In this document: in pieces, positions 50,344 through 59,565 of the stretch | How positions within the stretch are numbered: the stretch's first letter is position 1 | Layout of the letters: each line of letters begins with the position of its first letter | Made by a program: the position numbers and the translations under genes | The notes under the pieces: generated by a model | What the model saw: only the letters and a program-made list of their open reading frames with translations | Told to the model about the DNA's origin: nothing | Databases searched by the model: none | From: Longimicrobiales bacterium | GTDB lineage: Bacteria; Gemmatimonadota; Gemmatimonadetes; Longimicrobiales; Gaopeijiaceae | DNA: 64,000 nucleotides | Direction of reading: 5' to 3' | NCBI GenBank assembly: GCA_965202985.1 | Contig: CBDBCF010000001.1 | Span: 768,001-832,000, forward strand

Positions 50344-50366
50344 TCCCTTCCCTCCTAGTCTCGGAG

Positions 50367-52016
50367 CTAGCCCAGCGTCGGGGCGAAGGTGGGCGGCGTC
50401 CGATGGCGCGTCGCCTGCTCGTAGCCGTAGGCGATCCGCAACAGCGTGGGCTCGCTCCACGCGCGGCCGAAGAACGAGACGCCAACGGGCAGCCCCGACA
50501 CGAACCCCATGGGAACGGTGACGTCGGGGTATCCGGCGATCGCCGCCGGTCCGGCGCTGGAGCCGCCCTCCAGCCGGTCGCCCAAGATGTGGTCGGTCAG
50601 CCACGCCTCGCCTCGGGTCGGGGCCACAAGGGCGTCCAGGCCGTGCCGGTCCATCACGGCGTCGATCCCGTCTTCGCGCGTCCGCTGCTGGACGGTGCGA
50701 ACCGCGTTCTGGTACTCGGGGTCGGTCAGCGGTCCCCGAGCCTGGGACGCCACCAGCCGCTCCTGGCCGAAGAACGGCATCTCGCGCTCCGCGTTGGCCT
50801 CGTTGAACGCGATGACCTCGGCCAAGCTCTTCACGGGCGCGTCCGGTCCCAGGGCGGTCAAGTACGCGTTCAAGTTCGCCTTGAACTCGTACTCCAGGAG
50901 CGTCAAGGGCAGCGCGTCGCTCCACGCGGCCGTCGGCAGGTCCGCCGGGTCCACCAGTATCGCGCCGCCGGCCCGCATGGCATCCAGCGCGTCTTCGAAC
51001 AGGGCCAGCACGTCCGGCGAGAAGCCGCCGAAGCTGCGCACCACCCCGATGCGCGCCCCTCGCAACCCTTCCGGGTCCAGGAACGCCGCGTAGTCGACGT
51101 GCGCGCGCCCCTGGCTGGCGGCGGTGGCCGGGTCGCGCGGGTCTTCGCCGGCCAGGGCTCCCAACAGCAGGGCGGCGTCTCGCAGGGTGCGGCACATGGG
51201 TCCCGCCGTGTCCTGGGAGTGGGAGATCGGGATGATCCCCGACCGGCTCCACAGGCCCACGGTGGGCTTGATTCCCACAATCCCGTTCGTCGACGACGGG
51301 CACATGATCGACCCGCCCGTCTCGGTCCCGATCGTCAGAGCCGCCAGGTTGGCGGACGCGGCGGCGGCCGATCCCGAGCTGGAGCCGCAAGGGTTCCGGT
51401 CCAGGGCGTAGGGGTTCTTGCACTGGCCGCCCCGAGCGCTCCATCCGCTGGTGGCCCTCTCGCCCCGGAAGTAGGCCCACTCGCTCATGTTCGCCTTGGC
51501 CAGGATCACGGCGCCGGCCTCCCGCAGCTGCTGGGCCACGAACGAATCTCGAGGCGGCACCGACCCCTCCAGCGCCAGCGAGCCCGCAGTGGTAGTCGTG
51601 CGGTCGCGCGTGTCGATGTTGTCCTTGAGCGCTACCGGGATGCCGTGAAGGGGACCCCTCGGCCCCCGGGTGCGGCGCTCCTCGTCCAGCTGCGCGGCGA
51701 TCTCCAAGGCGTCGGGGTTGGTCTCGATCACCGAGCGCAGTTCGGGGCCTTGGCCATCCAGGGCCTCGATGCGCTCCAAGTAGAGCTGGACGATGGAGCG
51801 CGCCGTGCGCTCGCCGGACCCCATGGCGGCCTGCAGGTCGGCCACGGTGACCTCGTCCAGCTCGAACGGCGGCGGCGGATCGTCGGCGGCCAAGCCGGGA
51901 GCGGCCCCGGCGGTCGAACTGCCCGGCTGGTCGTCGGGAACGCACCCGGGCGCGCCCATAACGACGGCCCCGGCGCCCCCTGCGACGGCCGCGCCCACGA
52001 ACCCGCGTCGGTCCAT
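50367..52016 (-). CDS. Amidase signature family enzyme, Tat signal
   Basis: DRRGF; KDNIDT, GSSSGS, GTETGGSIMCP. Confidence 0.92.
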   Translation of the reverse strand: MDRRGFVGAAVAGGAGAVVMGAPGCVPDDQPGSSTAGAAPGLAADDPPPPFELDEVTVADLQAAMGSGERTARSIVQLYLERIEALDGQGPELRSVIETNPDALEIAAQLDEERRTRGPRGPLHGIPVALKDNIDTRDRTTTTAGSLALEGSVPPRDSFVAQQLREAGAVILAKANMSEWAYFRGERATSGWSARGGQCKNPYALDRNPCGSSSGSAAAASANLAALTIGTETGGSIMCPSSTNGIVGIKPTVGLWSRSGIIPISHSQDTAGPMCRTLRDAALLLGALAGEDPRDPATAASQGRAHVDYAAFLDPEGLRGARIGVVRSFGGFSPDVLALFEDALDAMRAGGAILVDPADLPTAAWSDALPLTLLEYEFKANLNAYLTALGPDAPVKSLAEVIAFNEANAEREMPFFGQERLVASQARGPLTDPEYQNAVRTVQQRTREDGIDAVMDRHGLDALVAPTRGEAWLTDHILGDRLEGGSSAGPAAIAGYPDVTVPMGFVSGLPVGVSFFGRAWSEPTLLRIAYGYEQATRHRTPPTFAPTLG

Positions 52017-52060
52017 GGTCCGCTTCCGCTCTCCCACCGGGGCCCTCTTTCCCATCGGGC

Positions 52061-53089
52061 CTAACCCCGCCGCCGGGCCGCCGGCAATCCCTCCACGAAC
52101 TCCACCATCCGCGCTTGCTCGTCCTCGTCCGGCATCCTGCCATGGCCCGCGCCGAGGTTGTCGATCATGTGCCTGGGGTTGCTGGTGGCCGGCGTCACCA
52201 CGGTCACGGCGGGGTGGGCCGCCGCAAACTTCAGGAAGAAGCGCGCCCACGAGTCCGCCCCGAACTCCGTCGCCCACTCGGGCACCGGACGGTCGCCCGC
52301 CCGCTGGAAGAGCCGCGTTCGCCCGAACGGCACGTAGACCAGCACGCCGATCTCGCGCTCCATGGCCAGCGGCAGGATCTCGTCCGCCGCGCTGGTGTTG
52401 TCCACGGCGTAGTCGATGCCGATGAAGTCCAGCGGGTAGTCCCGCATGGCCTGCATCAGGGCTCCGTACTGGCGCTTGCTCGTGGAGGTGATCCCGATGT
52501 AGCGGATTCGCCCCTCGGCCTTGAGCCCTTCCAAGATGCCGACCTGCGTGGGCGGGTCGCCCAGGTTGTGGACCTGGATCAGGTCGATCACGTCCGTGCC
52601 GAAGTGCTCGAAGGACCGCTCGATCTGCGCCCGCGCTCGGTCCGGGTCGGCAGCGCCGCCGCCGCGGCCCGCCACGTTCACCTTGGTTGCCCAGAAGATG
52701 CGGTCGGTCATGCCCAGCTCTCGGGCTATGGAACCGGCCACGGCCTCCGAGTCGCCGTAGCTGGGCGCCGTGTCGAAGACGGTGGCGCCGTTGTCCACGA
52801 ACACGCGGATCACCTCGCTCAAGGCCTCGGTGTCGCCGCTCCCCGCCATCCGACGGAAGGTGGCCGAGCTCCCCAGGCCGATGATCGGCAGCTGCTCGCC
52901 CGTCGAGGGCACGGCCCGCGTGGCCATCTGCTGCGCCCACGAGGACGCGGCGCCGGACGAAGCCGCACCCTTGGAGGCGGTCCCCGCACCGGTCAGGCCG
53001 TCCAGGCCTCGGAGCGCGCGAGGGTGAAACGAAAGGGCCGCACCGGCGGCGGCCGCGGCGGTGCGAAGCCAGTCTCGTCGAGTTGCCAT
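52061..53089 (-). CDS. Aldo/keto reductase, Tat signal
   Basis: TRRDWL; DTAPSYG, ATKV, IQVHNL, PATS. Confidence 0.9.
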   Translation of the reverse strand: MATRRDWLRTAAAAAGAALSFHPRALRGLDGLTGAGTASKGAASSGAASSWAQQMATRAVPSTGEQLPIIGLGSSATFRRMAGSGDTEALSEVIRVFVDNGATVFDTAPSYGDSEAVAGSIARELGMTDRIFWATKVNVAGRGGGAADPDRARAQIERSFEHFGTDVIDLIQVHNLGDPPTQVGILEGLKAEGRIRYIGITSTSKRQYGALMQAMRDYPLDFIGIDYAVDNTSAADEILPLAMEREIGVLVYVPFGRTRLFQRAGDRPVPEWATEFGADSWARFFLKFAAAHPAVTVVTPATSNPRHMIDNLGAGHGRMPDEDEQARMVEFVEGLPAARRRG

Positions 53090-53237
53090 GCCGTCTTCCA
53101 GTCTGTCCTTTGGGTGGCCGTTGTTTCGGGGCAACGCCCCCTTGCGCACGCCAAAGTGGTTCGTCCGCCGAGGCAAGGCAACCCTGCTCGCCGTCCCAGT
53201 GCGAGCCCGGCGGCCGGGCGACGGCGTCCGGGCCCGG

Positions 53238-53653
53238 CTACGGGCGCGGTTCGATCCAGCTCCCGTAGAAGTTGGCCCAGGATACCTGCGACTCCGGGAT
53301 CGTCACTTCCTGGCTTCGGACGTGCATGACCACGCCTTCGGGCACGGCGTTCGCCGGCACTTCCACGGTATAGCTCCAGCCGGCGCGCAGGTTCACGAAC
53401 CGGTACCGACCGGAACCGTTGGTCCGCACCGGGTCCACGGTGCACCGCTCCTTGTCGCTCGCGCCCGGCGCGGCCGACGGATGCCGGCAGCCGCTGGTCA
53501 CCGACACTTGCACGCCGCTCATCGGCTTGCTGCCGACGACGACGTAGCCGGTGATCGCCCGATGTCGCCCGGCGGATCCGTGGGACTGGTGCACGCGGCC
53601 AGTGCGGCCGCGACCAGCCCGGTGAAGGAAAGTGCCTTGATGATCGTCTTCAT
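53238..53653 (-). pseudogene. Small lipoprotein with a carboxypeptidase-regulatory-like domain, frameshifted
   Basis: MKTIIKALSFTGLVAAALAAC continues as AITGYVVVG...TNGSGRYRFVNL only if one base is added at the run 53558-53560. Confidence 0.7.
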
Positions 53654-53721
53654 TGCGTGGACGCGCTCCTGTGTTCGATTGGCCCCGGCCTGGTGGACGA
53701 GGCCCCCGGCAAGGGGCGGCC

Positions 53722-53743
53722 AAGCTAGCCGGGGGGTGCGACA
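53722..53743 (-). promoter_or_regulatory. PafBC/RecA-NDp-type promoter facing the lipoprotein gene
   Basis: TGTCGC-ACCCCCCGGC-TAGCTT. Confidence 0.65.
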
Positions 53744-53777
53744 CGCTTCGGACGCGCTCCACGGGGTCGATCGGGAC

Positions 53778-53799
53778 TGTCTCACCCCCCCGTTATTCT
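53778..53799 (+). promoter_or_regulatory. PafBC/RecA-NDp-type promoter facing the WYL pair
   Basis: TGTCTC-ACCCCCCCGT-TATTCT. Confidence 0.65.
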
Positions 53800-53814
53800 G
53801 TGGCGGTTTTCGCC

Positions 53815-54981
53815 ATGCATCCGCAGCAGAACGCACGGAGTCGGTCGCAAATGACGGTTCAACCCACGAAGCTTCAGCGCTGGATCGACTTGGTCGCCTA
53901 CTTGGCCAAACGGAGCTTTCCGGTCGAGAAGGCGGACATTTGGAAGAACGTTCCGGCCTACGCGCGCGGCTTGGACGGCACGACCCGTGAGAAGGCCGCC
54001 GTTCGTCGCACCTTCGAGCGCGACAAGGACGAACTGCGTTCCATGGGCGTTCCCATCGAGTCCGTGCCCCACAAGACGGTCTTCGGCATCGAGGAGGTGA
54101 CGGCGTATCGGCTGGCACCCGGCTTCCGGCTTCCGGTCCTTCGGCTGATCAGCGGCGACGACGGTTCCGTCGGCGGCGAACGCCCGCAAACGCGCCGTGC
54201 CCGCCACGACCTGTTCTTCGGGATGTCCAGGGAGGAGGCGGACGCGGCCCTGCGGGGCCTCAAGGAGCTGGCCACATTGCCGGCCTTTCCCTGGGCCGCC
54301 GCCGCCGAGTCCGCCTTTCGCAAGCTGGCCCCGGACCTGGAGCCCGCGGTGCCCGCAGGCACGCCGGTGCTCTACGCGCCCGACCCGGAGGCCGAGGCCA
54401 CGGCCAAGTCGCTGGGCCGACTGTCCACCGCGCTTCGCCGCAGAAAACGAGCGACCTTCAAGTACCGCGGGATGAACCGCGCTGAGGAGACCGACCGTCG
54501 CGTGCGCCCCTACGGACTCCTCTTCGAGCACGGACGCTGGTACCTGCTGGGGCACGACGAAGACCGCGACGACCTCCGGGTATTTCGGATTGGGCGCATG
54601 AGCCGCGTCGCCGCCAACGCCAAGTCGCCGGGAAAACCGGACTTCCGCATTCCCGCCGACTTCGACCTGCGCGACTACTCCGGTCGCAAGGCTTGGGAGA
54701 TGGGGGACGCCGAGACTGAACCGGAGGACGCCGACGTGCTGTTCAGCTTTCCGCGATCCGCGTGGGCGGAGCGGAACGGGCTGGGAGAGCTGCTGGAAGC
54801 AAGATCGTGCGGCGCCCAAGTCCGACGCTTCCGAGTTCGCAACCGAAATTCGTTTCTGCGCTGGGTCCTGAGTCTCTTGGGAGAAGCTCGAATCGTGGCG
54901 CCGGTGGGCACGCGCGAGGAGTTCCGCGAAATGGCCCAGTCGGTTTTGAGCATCTACGAAGGAGGGCGTGGCGATGAGTGA
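53815..54981 (+). CDS. wHTH-WYL-WCX regulator, PafB-like
   Basis: KLQRWIDLVAYL, RRTFERDKDELRSMGVPI, RVRPYGL...GRWYLLG, FRIGRM; alternative start 53851. Confidence 0.9.
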   Translation: MHPQQNARSRSQMTVQPTKLQRWIDLVAYLAKRSFPVEKADIWKNVPAYARGLDGTTREKAAVRRTFERDKDELRSMGVPIESVPHKTVFGIEEVTAYRLAPGFRLPVLRLISGDDGSVGGERPQTRRARHDLFFGMSREEADAALRGLKELATLPAFPWAAAAESAFRKLAPDLEPAVPAGTPVLYAPDPEAEATAKSLGRLSTALRRRKRATFKYRGMNRAEETDRRVRPYGLLFEHGRWYLLGHDEDRDDLRVFRIGRMSRVAANAKSPGKPDFRIPADFDLRDYSGRKAWEMGDAETEPEDADVLFSFPRSAWAERNGLGELLEARSCGAQVRRFRVRNRNSFLRWVLSLLGEARIVAPVGTREEFREMAQSVLSIYEGGRGDE

Positions 54982-55984
54982 CGGCACCTCGGCACGCGAC
55001 CGCTTCGAGCGCTTGGCCCACGTCGTTTCCCGGTCGAGCCGGCCGGAGGGCGCGGATCTGGCTGGCCTGGCTCGCGACTTGGGCGCCACGGAAGAGCGGA
55101 TCCTGGAAGACCTGCGGGAGCTGACCACGCGCGACGAGTATCGACCGGGCGGTTGGCCGGGTGACATCCGCGTGTTCGTCGAGGCGGGGCGGGTCCTGGT
55201 CGAGCACACCAGCTTCATGGAGCGGCCGTTTCGACTGACGAACCGCGAGACCGTCTGTCTGGCGCTGGCGCTCAGCGGCATCATGACGGCTCCGACCAGC
55301 GACGACCCCGAGCGCGGCGGCGACGGCAGCCAGTCTACCGGTTGGGACTCCTTCCTGCGCCGCGCGGAGCAGCAGCTAGGCCAGGACGCGGCGGTCGAGG
55401 CCGCGCCCAACTTGGCGATCCCCAACCGAACCCACGAGGAGCGGAGCATCCGCGCAACCTTGAAGGCTGCCGCCTACGAGCGCCGCCCCTGCGCGATCCG
55501 CTACTTGAAGCCCGGCGCCCAAGAGCCTTCGGACCGCGTGATCCACCCGTATCTGGTGCTCTATTCCGAGGAGACGTGGTACGCGGTGGCCTACTGCACC
55601 GACAGCGACGAGGTGCGGGTCTTTCGGCTCGACCGGACGCTGTCGGCCGAACACCGCGAAGGCGTCTTCGAAGTGCCCGACCCCTTCGACGCCGATGCGC
55701 TTGCCCAGTCGGGTCCCGAAGGCTGGATGCTCGCGTCCGCCGGCGAAGAGGCCCTGGTGCGCTATTCGCGCAAGCTTGCCCCCTGGGCCAGGGAACGCGC
55801 GTCATACCGCAGCCAGTCCTTGAAAGAGCACGACGACGGAAGCGTCACCGTGCGGCACCGCGTCGTGGACCCCTTGTGGCTTGCGACCCACGTCCTGCTG
55901 TACGGCGTCCACGCCGAAGTGCTCAAGCCCCAGAGCCTGCGCGACTTGGTGGCCGGCACGGTCCGCGAGATCGCGACTGCTTAA
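54974..55984 (+). CDS. wHTH-WYL-WCX regulator, PafC-like
   Basis: LARDLGATEERILEDL, RVIHPY...WYAVAYC, FRLDR, WLATHVLLYG; overlaps the PafB-like gene. Confidence 0.9.
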   Translation: MSDGTSARDRFERLAHVVSRSSRPEGADLAGLARDLGATEERILEDLRELTTRDEYRPGGWPGDIRVFVEAGRVLVEHTSFMERPFRLTNRETVCLALALSGIMTAPTSDDPERGGDGSQSTGWDSFLRRAEQQLGQDAAVEAAPNLAIPNRTHEERSIRATLKAAAYERRPCAIRYLKPGAQEPSDRVIHPYLVLYSEETWYAVAYCTDSDEVRVFRLDRTLSAEHREGVFEVPDPFDADALAQSGPEGWMLASAGEEALVRYSRKLAPWARERASYRSQSLKEHDDGSVTVRHRVVDPLWLATHVLLYGVHAEVLKPQSLRDLVAGTVREIATA

Positions 55985-56023
55985 GGGCGGCGACTCGACC
56001 GTCGTCGGCGCCTGGGCTCAAGC

Positions 56024-56844
56024 CTATGCGCGCGGCGTCGCGCCCGACAACCGTTGCCGGTATCGATCAAGGTCGTCCGTAGTGACGGATTCGGGCGACA
56101 TCAGCCGATAGTGCCTCTCGGCGACGATCCCGATGTCGCCTCCGCATTCCTCGAATTCGAACATGGCAATCCGCCCGTCCGCCATGAACTGCGTCCCGAC
56201 AGGCCGGCAGACAAGCGAGGGCATCTTGTCCGCACAGAGGGCCATGTCTTGCTCGATTTGGACTCGACTCAACCTGTCGCTGTCGCTTTTGGCCTGCACG
56301 GGGATCACATAGTGGCAACCTATCTTGTCCACGCCCACGTACACCTCGTCCGTATCGACTTGCCCGAGACCGGCCACGGTCGTACGCAGGTGATTCTGAA
56401 GCGACCAGCACGCGATTCCCAGGAAAACGTCGATCAGCCTGTTGTACCGGACACGGGCCAATACTGCTTGTTCGTCGCCGAACGCATACTTCTCGATAAG
56501 CCCTGGGGTCGAATCGGGAATCCGTGTGACCGATAGGTTTAGGTTGGGCGCCAATGGAGTGTCGGAGACCAATGCAAAGCGATACTTGGCCCGGCCAGCC
56601 GACCGAATGATCCACGTCTTCCCCTCCGGCGCGGAAGCCAGAACGCTGGAAGGCAGTTCGGCGCGATATCGGAAGCTGTACAGCACGTCGCCCAGGTTCT
56701 TCGGCTCTTCGGCAAGGCTATGTCCAGTTGGCGCGCAGATTTCACTAGGTCTTCCCGCTCGAAGTCCACCGCGGTCGCGCCTGGCGCGTGCTTGTCCGAA
56801 AACACGGCTTCGATGATGGCGGCGTAGCGGCTCGCGGCCGTCAT
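56024..56844 (-). pseudogene. Putative type II restriction endonuclease, frameshifted by an 8-bp duplication
   Basis: Removing one TCTTCGGC copy joins MTAASRY...IALPK to NLGDVLYSFRYR (270 aa); D..E..QAK PD-(D/E)XK-like motif; ATGA overlap with the MTase. Confidence 0.75.
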
Positions 56845-58184
56845 TCGGCCCCTGTTTGTCCTGGCCACTCCAACAAGACCACTTCTTCTCGGAGCTGATC
56901 GCCGGTCGCCGTTGAAAGCCTGGTTCTGAACAGATCGATCCCTACGACCTTGTAGCCCAGGGACGACGCCACCTCGGCAAGGAGTTGCCCGGTGCGGATC
57001 ATGATTCGAAGGTAGGATGCTTGGTCGCCAACGACATACGCGAGCTTGGCGCCCGGCTTGAGCACGGGACGGAGAGACGCGAGGTGTCGTGTCATTCCTC
57101 CGAAGTACAGCTTCGTGACTCGCGAGTACATGCGCTCGAACCCCGACGTCTTGCCTAGGTCCACACGTCTGCGCTCGATTGCGTCCGCTATGTGCCTAAC
57201 CTTTGCATTGTCTTCCACTTCGCGGTCGTCGGTGTCCGCCTTGTACACGCCACGCGTGTTCGATCGAATCATGCCTTGCTTGAGTCGTCGCAACTCCACC
57301 TTGCTACGGATCAATCCGAGAACCACCGACTCCAACCGAGTTGTTCGGGTGTAGTCCTTTTCGTTTGGATACGGCGGGGACGTGATCACCGCGTCCACCG
57401 AGCCGGGCTCCAGTACGTCGTTCGCCGCTCGAGCGTCGGAACGAATCGCCCGTGCATCCACATTGGCGCGATCTGCAAGAGCGTGCAGGTCGTTGGCCAT
57501 GGCGACCATGCGCTCGAACCATGCATCGACCACGGTCGCGTCTTCCTTGACGCGTCCGACGCCAACCTCGGGACCGAACTTCAGGTTGCCGACGTCGCGG
57601 ACCAATGATGTGGCCAGGGCCAGTCTCCCGTAGGACTGCAATCGACTTGAACCGCGACGGTCGATTTCGCCCAGGAGCGCCAAGGTCTTGTGCAGGGGCA
57701 TCGGGCTGATGGAATTCTTCACCAGCAACGCCTCTTGTTCCGGTGGTAGATTCGCAAGCGGCACGCGCGGATTCTTGTTCTTGCCAAAGAGGGGGAGCTT
57801 CGCCAGGTCGTCGATTCCCTGCTTCCGCAGACGCGTGTGAGCTGCGGTCGCGGCTTCCTCGGCGTAGCGCAGAAGCTCGTCGCGGCGTCCTTGCCAATCC
57901 ACCTTGACCGAACTTGCAAAGTGCGCCATCGGGCTCGCCTCGACTCCGATGCTTCGAACCCCGAGCTTCCTGCATTCGACCAAGGTCGTGCCAGTGCCGC
58001 AGAAAGGGTCCAAGACCGTGGCGCGCGGCCCGACGTCGAACCGATCGAGGTAGTCGCGGACCAAGTGCGGCGGAAACGACAAGACGAACCGATACCAATC
58101 GTGCACGGCCCGGTCGCTTGGCCGGAGCTTGTTGGGATCGCCGCTGCTCGCGGGGACGCGGGCGCTAGTCGCTTGCGGCGCCAT
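56841..58184 (-). CDS. DNA methyltransferase, probably N4-cytosine, alpha motif order
   Basis: Motif I DPFCGTGTT precedes motif IV TSPPY; VVGD; less GC-rich than its neighbours. Confidence 0.9.
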   Translation of the reverse strand: MAPQATSARVPASSGDPNKLRPSDRAVHDWYRFVLSFPPHLVRDYLDRFDVGPRATVLDPFCGTGTTLVECRKLGVRSIGVEASPMAHFASSVKVDWQGRRDELLRYAEEAATAAHTRLRKQGIDDLAKLPLFGKNKNPRVPLANLPPEQEALLVKNSISPMPLHKTLALLGEIDRRGSSRLQSYGRLALATSLVRDVGNLKFGPEVGVGRVKEDATVVDAWFERMVAMANDLHALADRANVDARAIRSDARAANDVLEPGSVDAVITSPPYPNEKDYTRTTRLESVVLGLIRSKVELRRLKQGMIRSNTRGVYKADTDDREVEDNAKVRHIADAIERRRVDLGKTSGFERMYSRVTKLYFGGMTRHLASLRPVLKPGAKLAYVVGDQASYLRIMIRTGQLLAEVASSLGYKVVGIDLFRTRLSTATGDQLREEVVLLEWPGQTGAE

Positions 58185-58199
58185 CGCAGCCTTCGTGGC

Positions 58200-59252
58200 C
58201 TAGTTGAATTCGGTGCCGCCCTTTCTGACGCGGAAGGCGTCGCTCACCCACTTTGCGATCGGGCGCTCCACCGGATCGCCGACACTCCAAGAGGCGTCGC
58301 GAAGACGCATGACCACGCCCTCCCGGACGTGCTTGCCCCCGAAGGTCGTGGCGCCGGACACGTACTTCTCGGCGGCCGGCCAGTCCTCCACCACGCCCAA
58401 GACCGGGACCGTGCCGGGGCCGTCGTGGGCCGACGCGGTCGCTTCCACTTCCGGCCAAGGCAAATAGCGGGGGCCGATGCGCACGTCAAAGGCGCGAAAG
58501 CCGGGGTTCGGCAGGTCGTAGTGCAGGTCCTGCACGCCGCGACCGAAGATCTCGCCCAGGAGATAGTACGGCGTTCCCGTCTCCCGGTGATGCCCCAGGA
58601 CGGACATCAGCCATTCCTCCCAGACGCGGAACGCGCGCACGTACAGGTTGCCGGCGTTCTCTTCGACGAGGCGGAAGGCCAGGCCGCGCCCGCTCACGCC
58701 CTTGGAGCTCACGATGTCGCCGAAGTCGGGGTGCCAGCCCATGCAGCACCAAGTGCCGTGGAGCTTCTCGGTCACGACGACCGGCGTCTCGCTAGGCAGC
58801 AGCTCGGGGTAGCGAAGGATGCTGTCGATGTCGTACTTGACCGTCCCGCCCTGCGCCGAAAAGACCTGTCCGCCCATGCTCACCGGGATCGGCGGCTCGT
58901 ACTTCACCAAGCCAAGGAGCTCGGTTACGTCGTCGCCCTCGGCCAGGTCCGCGTCCGCCAGCCGGCCAATCCCCAGCGGGTGAAGCAGCCCGCCGGACAC
59001 GACGCCGCGCAGCTTGATCGCCTTGACCCGGTTTTTCTTCTTGCCGGCCAGCTTGCCGACCAGGCCCAGCAGTTCGAGCACGTCGTCGGGCACGATCGCG
59101 GCCTCCGGGATGTAGGCGGCCAAATCGCCGCTTCGGTACTTTCCCTTCGGGACGATCACGGTCACCTCGTTGACCTTGCCGATCTCCAGGATGTCCGCGT
59201 TGGGATGCTCTTCGATCCCGACCCGAACCACGTTCGCCGCAAACTCCGCCAT
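58200..59252 (-). CDS. ATP-dependent RNA ligase, DRB0094 (Rnl5) family
   Basis: N-terminal HPNADILE...IKLRGVVSGGL OB domain; TEKLHG, GEIFGRGVQ, FRAFD, REGVV, AKW ligase motifs; GGAGG RBS. Confidence 0.9.
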   Translation of the reverse strand: MAEFAANVVRVGIEEHPNADILEIGKVNEVTVIVPKGKYRSGDLAAYIPEAAIVPDDVLELLGLVGKLAGKKKNRVKAIKLRGVVSGGLLHPLGIGRLADADLAEGDDVTELLGLVKYEPPIPVSMGGQVFSAQGGTVKYDIDSILRYPELLPSETPVVVTEKLHGTWCCMGWHPDFGDIVSSKGVSGRGLAFRLVEENAGNLYVRAFRVWEEWLMSVLGHHRETGTPYYLLGEIFGRGVQDLHYDLPNPGFRAFDVRIGPRYLPWPEVEATASAHDGPGTVPVLGVVEDWPAAEKYVSGATTFGGKHVREGVVMRLRDASWSVGDPVERPIAKWVSDAFRVRKGGTEFN

Positions 59253-59346
59253 CTCGGTTCCTCCTGTGGGGGATTAGGGTTGCGCTACGGGGATTGCAAC
59301 TTCGCGGATTCGAGCCGGGCGTCAAGCCTTCCGGCGCAGGACCGGT

Positions 59347-59526
59347 TCATTCTCGGTTGTGGTACCCCGTGCGGGCTCCGCCCAACGGGTGCGACAGCGT
59401 GTAGCGCGGCTTCACGTCCACGCCGAGCTCCTTCAGCTCCCGCTCGAGCTTCCGGTACGCGGACACAACCTTGGTGTCGATTTTCGGGTTTGTCGCGATC
59501 ACCTTTTTGCGGTCGATTTTGGCCAT
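59347..59526 (-). CDS. Small basic hypothetical protein (59 aa)
   Basis: MAKIDRKKVIATNPKIDTKVVSAYRKLERELKELGVDVKPRY; Lys-rich, unlike shadow ORFs. Confidence 0.6.
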   Translation of the reverse strand: MAKIDRKKVIATNPKIDTKVVSAYRKLERELKELGVDVKPRYTLSHPLGGARTGYHNRE

Positions 59527-59565
59527 GTTCACCGTCGAGGCACAAGTCATTTCGCGTCGCCCGTT

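Noticed and set aside
59387..59396. TGTCGCACCC on the minus strand upstream of the RNA ligase, matching the WYL promoter core
   Set aside because: The -10 position reads CGGAGC rather than TAnnnT and it lies in coding sequence, so WYL control of the ligase is unsupported.
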